Made by a program: the position numbers and the translations under genes. Shown here piece by piece: positions 26,801 through 35,028 of a DNA stretch of 64,000 nt. Every line of letters starts with the position of its first letter. Position 1 is the first letter of the stretch. Origin of the DNA: Prorocentrum cordatum (Eukaryota); NCBI GenBank assembly GCA_963575745.1, contig CAUYUJ010000212.1:1-64000 (forward strand), in the 5' to 3' direction. The notes beneath the pieces are model-generated. The model did no database searches, was not told where the DNA came from, and was given only the letters and a program-made list of their open reading frames with translations.

Positions 26801-28834
26801 TATAGCTTCTAGGCTGACTTCCCTTACACGACGTTCTCGTTCGTGTCCTGAAGTCTCGGGTCCCTTGGGAAAGTCAAGGGTATCGAGATCAGGAAGGAAG
26901 GAGGGCTGACGTCCTGTGTGTGCCTGATATGGCGATACTCCGTTATAAAACGTAAACGCATTAGTAACGAAGATGCCTTCCGCCAATACTCTAGTGAATA
27001 CAACAGGGATGTTGTGTCTATTCAATTCTTCCTCAATCATGTGGAGGACGCCTCTGAGAATGCCGTTTCGTGACTCAATTGAAGTCGCGTGTTGGCCAGG
27101 TGCTCGGATACGAAGTTCCGTGCCCTTATTGGCCATCATGGTTTTAGCGGCATCGTTATTCAGGGCGCCTTCTCCGTCTGAGTATAAAACTTTGAAGGGT
27201 CCGTGATAGGCAATCCAGCAATAGTGGTAGGCGTCGATGATAGCGCCACGTTCTCTGTCGGAAATTTCTAGGCCTGCTGCCAGGCGAATACAACGATCCA
27301 TAATATGAAATATGGTCCGTTTCTTGTAAAACATGAGGTCCATTTCCCCTTCATCGAGCCAGTTACCAGGAAGGCTCACCGATGGTAGCGTTGAGTTTCC
27401 TGGACGTTCCCATGCTCTACATCCCCGACAGGCATCACAGACTTCCTTGATCATGTTCAGTCGAACGTTATCAAGCCCCACCTTTTCGAGGATTAGCCTC
27501 ATCTTTGGATACTTCGCATGATACCATCGCAGATGCAGTTTTCGGAGTTCCTTTTTCACGACATGAGGTTCGTGACTACGGAGACTCTGTAGACTGTGTT
27601 GGATGTCGAATCTCGTCCAGTCGGGTAGTCGTGGAGCCCCAGAGCCGGTGGAGGCAAGAGGGTTCCTTGTAGCTCTCCGTAGTTGGTCCCCTGTGTTAAC
27701 TGCGTCTGGAGGTGGTGGTACGCCTTGTAGACGGCCGCGGCGGGCCGCTACCTGTGGCACTTCGCTAGAAGACGCAGAAGGCGTGTTTCCACGCTCGGGG
27801 GCGTCTCGTAGCATGTCGTAGCTGCTGGCACCGGATGTCGGATCGACGTTGCCGAAGGATCGTGGTCGCGGTGGCCTGGCATGTGCGCCTTGACGGCCAC
27901 CTGAAGCTGAAGCTTGGCCCTCACCAGGTTTAGGTAAGGGTTTCCACCAAGCTGGCACAGTTTTGCCTTCGGGGTCGTGGTCGTCTGGTAGTTTAAATGG
28001 TTCAGCAAAACGACATTTACCAGGTTCGGTATCGAGGTGGTTCTTAACACCCTTGCTTCTCGTAAGATCCCTCTGACATGCTGGACATGGCCAATATACA
28101 GAGATGGAATCATGATATTTACACTGCGTAGGGTCTCTGTTATGGCTCGGACTGTCCTTTCGGACATTGTCGATGCATGCCGGGCAAGTAGCCACCTTTG
28201 GGATGATACGATCACCGATGCGTCTCATACCTTCGCCTGGTTCAGCTTGATCGGGAAGGTCTGTAGGATAAGCATGTGCGGTACTTATAGGCGCGTTTCC
28301 GCGCGTGGTGTCAATGGCTTTCGCCAGATATACAGCTTCCACGAAGGCAGACTGCAGTCGTCGGGTGTATTTTTGTGCCAGTGAAAGCTCGGTATTGCAC
28401 GGTTGTGCGTGCACATGCTGACCGTTACACTTGAGTCGCTCAAAGGGTTTAAGAATTGTCTCGTCGTTGCTGGTGATATTTGTCGGCTTCTTAATATAGT
28501 CACCAGTCGTGTCTTTAAGTCCCGTAGCGCATTGGTCAATGCGTACGGTTGTAATGTGTGGTCGGTTGGCAAGCTTCTTCCATGGAGAAATATCATCTAC
28601 CCATGTTCCTGTAGGTTGTTCGCGTATAAACCACCTCTGAGAGTCATCTTGGGTTACAGCAATTTTACCACAATAAGTTATGTGCGGTAAGTCTTCTTTA
28701 TGGTGCTGTTCCCAAGTGTTGTAGTTGACTTTGTAGTTGTAGTAGGATGGTGGTCCTGTGGTGCGACAGCTGGGTTGCAGTATGGCAACTCGTACGTAGC
28801 ATATAGCAAAGTAATGGTCTATAACCTGCTGCAC
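23841..28834 (-). CDS. pol: Pol: zinc fingers, integrase (HHCC plus DDE), copia-type reverse transcriptase and RNase H; 1-bp deletion near 23971
   Basis: Integrase: LHLRWYH..CDACRGC, MDL, SDGEG, IESRN. RT: SRYVYKWK, RLRLVLRGF, DIDKAFL, KDAPRA, HVDD. RNase H: SDSG, SSYAAE, IDAES, MTADGHT. A frame change restores KGSIDRELLL, ending at TAG 23841. Confidence 0.95.
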
Positions 28835-28955
28835 CGAGGGGTCTCCCAGGTCGACATATGTAGTCTTGCCAAGTTGCCGCCTGAGGAAAGTCCCCTTGAG
28901 AAGGCAAGCTCTGAGATGCCACCCTCACCGCCACAAAGCTCCAACATATCCACGC
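28360..28955 (-). other. C5-cytosine methyltransferase-like domain, split by a 1-bp deletion near 28869
   Basis: ELCGGEGG (motif I-like), QPSC (PC motif IV), REQP (ENV-like) and DQC..G...KKPT. Adding one A restores GGNLDKTTYVDLGDPSVQQ. Confidence 0.7.
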
Positions 28956-30270
28956 AGTTGTTATGGCCATAGCATAGTGTAGCAACTATGCTGTATATGT
29001 TAGCGTGTGTGTCGGGCATAGATGTGGGGAGGGTAAGGAACAGGTCACCGTCCTCGTCGGAGCTTACCAGCTCAACAGGGACGTCAGTACTCCAGGTTGC
29101 CATAAGATCCTGTCCGAGTCCTGACAAGTCGTCGCCGCAATCGTCGCTTCCGTCTTCAACGTGCTTTTTAATGCGGCGAGGCTTGATGCCTGCTTCCTTT
29201 TCGGCTTTGAGCCTCTCCTTCTGTTTTATACGCGATTCAGTGGGTAAAGCTTGCTCGTCTTGTTCGTCGGTCTGTGTACTCATTGTCGTTGTTGAATGGG
29301 TACATGCGTCAATCGCCAGAGTCGGGGGGGGGAGAGAACAGTCATCTATGATGACGCGTCGATGTTTCTGTGGTGATTGAGTCGGCTCGTTTCCGAGCAA
29401 GACCGCTTCCTCGGGTTGCCAATACAACCAAGTACTGATGTTGGCAACCCCTGCAGGTGATGGTGCATGCCAATCATATCCTGTTGGTTGATCGGTAACT
29501 GAGATATCCTGAATAATCGCATTGGTATCCAGGTTGATTGTTACACGTCGGATGACTTCAGACCATTTTGGTCCTCCTTTATTAGTCGTCACGTAGTGAC
29601 GGATGTTATGGTCTGTACGTGTATACGTATTTAAGTATACGGGCACGTTTCCGTGCGTGGTGGTGCTCCCCAGGATGTTGTCGTTCAAGTGACGGATGAG
29701 TGTAGTACGTGTCTGAGCTCGCCATTCAGCATGCCGTACTGTATGGCTTGATGATGCTACCTGCATATAAGTACCGCTTGGTGTACTGTCTTGCATATTG
29801 AACGGAATACCGAAATGACGCAAACGCATCCGTATTACTGGCAACTTTAGATCTTCCAGAGTATCACGTACTGGAGATAACTTCCAAACATGTCCTGGGG
29901 GACCAAATATTATGATCTTCATGCGGAGTTTCTTGGCTTTTATCAATAGGTTCTGGATGCGTGACCAATGTGGGGCCACTCTCTTTCCTGGAGTTCTTAC
30001 GTACCAGTCACCCGGAGTACTGATCCATATGAGAGTGTAATCTCCACTGATCACCGCACCTAGGTAGTTTGTGCCCACGCTTGTCATAAGTTCGTTGTGG
30101 GAAATACGATCACAAATAGAACCTCGTGTGCGGAGGTCGGCACATGCCTCCCTCGTACCTTCAATGACAAAAGCCCTCTTACTAAGGCAGGTTACCCCGC
30201 TGTCCTTGTTACCCCCCGGCTTTTCAGCCAACAGGCAAGACGACGAGGGGGCGACGTCGCCCTGCCATCT
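28819..30270 (-). CDS. Polyprotein segment with a degenerate MTase-like domain, a GPKW..V.RRVT motif and the start of a DNMT-like domain
   Basis: Same frame as ORF 30271..35028, separated only by TGA at 30271-30273; it ends with MLELCGGEGG. Confidence 0.7.
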   Translation of the reverse strand, partial: RWQGDVAPSSSCLLAEKPGGNKDSGVTCLSKRAFVIEGTREACADLRTRGSICDRISHNELMTSVGTNYLGAVISGDYTLIWISTPGDWYVRTPGKRVAPHWSRIQNLLIKAKKLRMKIIIFGPPGHVWKLSPVRDTLEDLKLPVIRMRLRHFGIPFNMQDSTPSGTYMQVASSSHTVRHAEWRAQTRTTLIRHLNDNILGSTTTHGNVPVYLNTYTRTDHNIRHYVTTNKGGPKWSEVIRRVTINLDTNAIIQDISVTDQPTGYDWHAPSPAGVANISTWLYWQPEEAVLLGNEPTQSPQKHRRVIIDDCSLPPPTLAIDACTHSTTTMSTQTDEQDEQALPTESRIKQKERLKAEKEAGIKPRRIKKHVEDGSDDCGDDLSGLGQDLMATWSTDVPVELVSSDEDGDLFLTLPTSMPDTHANIYSIVATLCYGHNNCVDMLELCGGEGGISELAFSRGLSSGGNLARLHMSTWETPRCSRL

Positions 30271-33200
30271 TCAAGATGAAGAAGATGTGCCTACAATATC
30301 TGCCAGCATCTGGGCTTCCCTCAGATGCTGGAGCTCAGCACTGCAGCGCGCCGTGGCCTCAGAGGCGGATTGCTCCGCAAATGCTGTCAGCATCGATGGA
30401 TTATCAATCAGCTGTTTCAGCACGCCTTTGGACCTAGCGTCGCTGACCGTATGCAATTCACGATTAGTGTATCCCATCACTATTTTACGGCGGGACTGTA
30501 CTGCGTCCATGGGTACACTACCACCATGCAGGGCCAGTGTCCTGGCAACAAAACAATCGAACGTCTCGAGATCGTCGATGTTGTCGCCTCGCATGGTGGC
30601 CTTGGCGAGCGTCTCCATCAACCCCTGGGGCAGGTTTCCCTGCAATTGGTTGCGCTCCTGCGCTGGGGTCGGCTCGCCTGTCAGCACTGTCTGGAAGGAT
30701 GTGCTGCTTGAGCTCGAAGCGGGTTGCCCCGCAGCTCCAAAACAATCACACCTGATCGACAGATGCCCTGACGGCAACTTTGTCGTCGGCATGATTTTGG
30801 AGCCTTCTGGGAGCTCCATTTTGACCTGCCCCTTACCAGGGAATATCAGCTTTTCCTGGCCTCGTTCAAGCACGATGATCGTGCGTTTGTCCTGCATACT
30901 ATCGAGACCTAGGATGGCTGGCAGGTCCTTGCCACAGCCTGACACAATGTTCGTCTTGTATGAATCGAGTTGGGCCGACCCCTGGTACTCGCAGGCAATA
31001 CTGAATGTGCCTACGGTATCCGCTGGGGCCGACCCTTCTCCCACTCCGTTGATATTCAAACGAGAGCGGGGCTCGAACGTACAAGTACGGCCATGTGCCT
31101 CGGCAGCCTGGACGAACTTACGGCTCGTGTTCTCGCCCATGATGTTGATCTTCGAACCGACGTCGATGAGTATGGAATTTCCACCATCATCCAAGAACGT
31201 CTTACTCGGCTGCTTGATGTGCACAGTTTCTGAAGTGTCGGCTGTGTCGGTAGGCGGGTTTCCCCGCGGCACAGTCGTACTCCCTGGCGGGTTACCCCGC
31301 ATGACACTGGCATGCGACTCGCTCTCGGCCATGCGTGCCAGGTCAATGTACTGGAAGCACGACACGTGCTGGGCGTGATCGCCACGCTCCTCCCGCCAGT
31401 TGGCATACTCATCACGTATGCTCATATACTGCTCGCGGGTCGTGCGCCTCATCAACGTTAGGTACGAGTGAAGGGCGATGTCTTGCAGCCCCTCGTTCGT
31501 GATGTGATCCCGGTACCGCAGCCACTCCTCGAACTCCTCATTCGTCGCTGAGATATTGACGGCCCTGGCTGCTGTTGCTGCTGACGCCACTGAGGATTCT
31601 GATAAGTCTAGCGACGGACTATCAGTTTCAGGATTGTTGGCATCCAGCATAAATGTTGTGCGCGTATTATCCATCTGATTCTGGAAATGTCGTACACGCA
31701 ATTCACGCAGCTGGTCAGGGCCCAGTGACATCTCAGCCTCACCTCCACTCTGGGGAGACATCTGAGGAGTATCATGCAGGTTTCCCTGCTGAGGCGCCGT
31801 CATCGGGATAAGCTGATCAAAATATCCCGTTTCCATAGGCGGCCTTACCTCTTCAGGCAGGTGTCCCTGCTGTTGTGACGGAACTGTCTGCATAGCTAGC
31901 ATCCTGGACGTCATCTCCTCCACCATGCTCCTGAGCTCCCGCAGCTCTCTCGCTGACTGCTCAGGAGTCTGACTAAAGGAGCCGGTCCATGGGAAGGATG
32001 ATGCTATAATGCCAGGTGCTCGACAGATAGCACATGATGGCTGCTGGGGATCTCCCTCACGCTGATTTGTAACGTGGCCCACCACATTAGAATTCCAGCA
32101 TCCCTCGTGGAATAGGCGATTGCACCTCAGGCGGTAAACGCTATCCCTGGGCTGAAATTCTTCGAGGCATACCGCACAGGTATCTTCCATCCCAGTAAAG
32201 ACTTCTACGTCTGCTGCCCTGGGATATACCCGCCGCTGCCTCTCCAGTACCGTCTCGGAGGGCATGAAGGCTGATGGGGGTGTCCCCGTTGGATTCAGCA
32301 CTTCCTGCACTTCGACATTTGGCATGGAAGTGGTAGGAGTCACGGCGGGCGAGTTTCCTCGCAAAGGTGAGCCCCTGTTCCTCACCACATCAAGTGCAGC
32401 TGCACGTGACTGATCCCGTACGCTTTGCACCGCCTGCCTTCTCCTGAAGCATGCCTGCTGAGTGTGGTGCGTCTGCCTGATGTAGTCAGGCACGCCCCTA
32501 CTGCCAGACGATATTGAATGGGCAGTGGGCTGGACAACCACCTCTGTTGATGTTGGTGAAGGCGTGAAGGCCATGTGCGGGCACATGGAATGGTCACTGC
32601 AGCGCACATTAGTGAGGTTATGCATCTGATCCGCCAATTCACGAACAAATTTGTTCGGAACCCTTGACCCATCAGGGTATAATGGCGGGTTCATCTGCGC
32701 TGGTGGTGGCCTCTGGCCCTGAGACATGCTCGGATGGGCATTGAACGCCGGGATAAAGGCTCGTTGCCGAGCAGGATCCCGTGGGTTGGGACCCTCAGGC
32801 TCCCAGGACCAGGCTGGCCTCCACCTCTGCCCACTTGGGTGAGGCAGATTATGGCTCTGCACCTGCTGCACCGCGGCCGCCACTCTTGAGCGATAGTCGT
32901 CAGGTACACCCGCCCTGTGGTGGCTTGGTGTGCCAGGCAGGTTTCCCTGCTGACTCGTTGGCGTGCCGGGCGGCATCATGTTGAGGAGGGCTGTGCTGTG
33001 TTCAGCCCTAGCAGCAGCTATCCTCTCCATGAGAGTGCCGTTTGTGGCAGGGCGGACAGGTGTCCCGAATGGGGATTGTGCCGGTGGTGTGCCCAATGGA
33101 GTCATGCCCCTTGGAGTGTGCATGCTCTGAGTAGGGCTTCCATGCATTGGTTCAAACCGAGCAGGTCCGCTTGTAGGCAGGTTTCCCTGCATGGCCTGAC

Positions 33201-35028
33201 GATTTCTCGTAGCCATAGCGGACATTGCTCCCTGGCCTGCGGCCCAGGGATCCTGCTGGTATAACCTGTCCGCCAGCTGTTCTACCTGGTCAGGGTTCAG
33301 CGCGGCTGCGATCTGATCCAGGTCCGAGGTACTGATGGCCTGCCAAGACACGGCACTAGGCCCTTGGCTTGGGGCACGGCTTGGAGCCGCGCTCCCGGCC
33401 TCACTCTCGGTAATCATGAAGATCCGATAGATCTCAGGCTGGTTTCCCAGCTGGGTAGGGCTGTAGTGGTCCCCAACTTCTCTGTGGAGGTAGCCCATAG
33501 GGGGGTCAACGCCCCCTTGGTCTCGGGACCACTGGTACTTAACGCTGGAAGTACCAACGTCAGCCCACCTGTCAGGAGCAGACATCGTTGCGACAGAGAC
33601 TCGCGCATGGCGGCTCCCCAGATACTCTGGATTACGCCATTGCCTTCCTGTGGTCAGGTCCTCTACATGAGAGATGCAATACGGTTCAATGATACCGTTA
33701 TCTCCCTCGGACAAGAGGACTCCGTTATCGGACCAACAGAACTTCATACCATCTTGTATGGCCTTACGCCAATCTACGAAGATGATGATGTCTGAGTCTG
33801 GGTCCCACCCACTGTTCACGGCACGGCGGCGAACTGTCGGCACGAAGTGAATGCGCGACCGGCCTGTCCCCTTTTTCTTCGTGTTATGCTCAGGTCTACA
33901 GGACAGGCCGTGCCACATAATCCCTTCGAAGGCGTGCCATCGAGTGCCATGCATAGCAACATCGGGGTATGGGGCCGGTCTCCCGGCAGGTTGGTCGCAC
34001 AGCACAATGTAGCTGTACAGCGACCACGGAGCTTTCAATTCCCATGAATGCCCCTGAGAGGCGCGGACGAAGATAGCGGGCTCTCCGGAGTCCCGCATCA
34101 ACACCTTGAACTGTAGGCGCTGTTTTTCTTCTCCGTCTGGTTCGCGGACATGAACAACTGCCATCATGATGGCTGCTAGTTGGTCAACCGAGCGCCTACA
34201 TAGATGCTCGTTGATGATCTTGGCCTCGTCATATATTGGATTATACCCAGCGTGTCTTGATTGACCTGTGTTCCACGGATAACGGTCCACGAGTTCCACT
34301 AGGTTAACCCAACCATCATGATCATCGAAAGATTCCAAGCGCCACACAGGATTGTGTTGCTTGTCTGGCGCATGTCTGCATATCCTGCTGAGAGCTTTGC
34401 TCAGCTGTTTGAGAATAGCATTGGATGTGGGAAGGATTCCAGCTTTCCTGCATTCCTTCATGAATGTCTCATCCACCGAGCGTATCGGTGGGAGCTTCCG
34501 AAGCGCAAGTCTATCCCTGATCACATTTGGAGTCCCACTAGTGAAGGACGTGTCACCTGGGTGGTGCAGCTGAACCACTGGCGGGTTTCCCCGCATCGGA
34601 ACCTCTGTTGCTGAAGAGGCTGCGGCTCCAGAAGAGGAGGAAGCTGCGGCGGCAGCGCCTGGCGGGTTTCCCCGCGGAGATGCGCGACTGGCGCTGCCCC
34701 TGATCTTCGGCACCCAGGTACCCCTCGACATAGCACCTTCATCGGACCTCCTGGAACGAGCCGCCACAGGCGAAGCTGGCGCAGGTGCATACCCACTGCG
34801 CTCGAAAGCTGCCGCCTTTTTCGCAATGGAGCTGCTGCGACTAGGCGGGCGTCTTCGTTCCTCCATAGGGTCCTGAGGTTGCTGCTTGGGCACAGACGCT
34901 TGTGTAGGAGTTGTGCCAATCGGCGGCCTCGGAGTTTCAGTTCGAGGCACCTCCATCTGCACGTCTGGCCCAGGGTCCTGAGGGCTCGTCTCGGTTTCGG
35001 CACCGAGGACGAGGTGTCGGGGGTTCAC
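30271..35028 (-). CDS. Polyprotein segment with Tpt1/KptA-like 2'-phosphotransferase, RING-like finger and aspartic protease
   Basis: 1585-aa ORF. Tpt1 motifs at about 33665-34410, RING at about 32021-32178, protease LIDVGS...ILGLD at about 30900-31175. Confidence 0.85.
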   Translation of the reverse strand: MNPRHLVLGAETETSPQDPGPDVQMEVPRTETPRPPIGTTPTQASVPKQQPQDPMEERRRPPSRSSSIAKKAAAFERSGYAPAPASPVAARSRRSDEGAMSRGTWVPKIRGSASRASPRGNPPGAAAAASSSSGAAASSATEVPMRGNPPVVQLHHPGDTSFTSGTPNVIRDRLALRKLPPIRSVDETFMKECRKAGILPTSNAILKQLSKALSRICRHAPDKQHNPVWRLESFDDHDGWVNLVELVDRYPWNTGQSRHAGYNPIYDEAKIINEHLCRRSVDQLAAIMMAVVHVREPDGEEKQRLQFKVLMRDSGEPAIFVRASQGHSWELKAPWSLYSYIVLCDQPAGRPAPYPDVAMHGTRWHAFEGIMWHGLSCRPEHNTKKKGTGRSRIHFVPTVRRRAVNSGWDPDSDIIIFVDWRKAIQDGMKFCWSDNGVLLSEGDNGIIEPYCISHVEDLTTGRQWRNPEYLGSRHARVSVATMSAPDRWADVGTSSVKYQWSRDQGGVDPPMGYLHREVGDHYSPTQLGNQPEIYRIFMITESEAGSAAPSRAPSQGPSAVSWQAISTSDLDQIAAALNPDQVEQLADRLYQQDPWAAGQGAMSAMATRNRQAMQGNLPTSGPARFEPMHGSPTQSMHTPRGMTPLGTPPAQSPFGTPVRPATNGTLMERIAAARAEHSTALLNMMPPGTPTSQQGNLPGTPSHHRAGVPDDYRSRVAAAVQQVQSHNLPHPSGQRWRPAWSWEPEGPNPRDPARQRAFIPAFNAHPSMSQGQRPPPAQMNPPLYPDGSRVPNKFVRELADQMHNLTNVRCSDHSMCPHMAFTPSPTSTEVVVQPTAHSISSGSRGVPDYIRQTHHTQQACFRRRQAVQSVRDQSRAAALDVVRNRGSPLRGNSPAVTPTTSMPNVEVQEVLNPTGTPPSAFMPSETVLERQRRVYPRAADVEVFTGMEDTCAVCLEEFQPRDSVYRLRCNRLFHEGCWNSNVVGHVTNQREGDPQQPSCAICRAPGIIASSFPWTGSFSQTPEQSARELRELRSMVEEMTSRMLAMQTVPSQQQGHLPEEVRPPMETGYFDQLIPMTAPQQGNLHDTPQMSPQSGGEAEMSLGPDQLRELRVRHFQNQMDNTRTTFMLDANNPETDSPSLDLSESSVASAATAARAVNISATNEEFEEWLRYRDHITNEGLQDIALHSYLTLMRRTTREQYMSIRDEYANWREERGDHAQHVSCFQYIDLARMAESESHASVMRGNPPGSTTVPRGNPPTDTADTSETVHIKQPSKTFLDDGGNSILIDVGSKINIMGENTSRKFVQAAEAHGRTCTFEPRSRLNINGVGEGSAPADTVGTFSIACEYQGSAQLDSYKTNIVSGCGKDLPAILGLDSMQDKRTIIVLERGQEKLIFPGKGQVKMELPEGSKIMPTTKLPSGHLSIRCDCFGAAGQPASSSSSTSFQTVLTGEPTPAQERNQLQGNLPQGLMETLAKATMRGDNIDDLETFDCFVARTLALHGGSVPMDAVQSRRKIVMGYTNRELHTVSDARSKGVLKQLIDNPSMLTAFAEQSASEATARCSAELQHLREAQMLADIVGTSSSS
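33665..34410 (-). other. Tpt1/KptA-family RNA 2'-phosphotransferase domain
   Basis: Ordered motifs LSKALSRICRH, DGWV, KQR, VRASQGHS, HGT, GLS, RIHF and DGMKF..SDNGVLL.EG..G.I.P. The Arg-His-Arg-Arg catalytic set appears present. Confidence 0.9.

Noticed and set aside
30071..31378. 435-aa antisense ORF within the copia element
   Set aside because: It shadows the sense frame and has no motifs.
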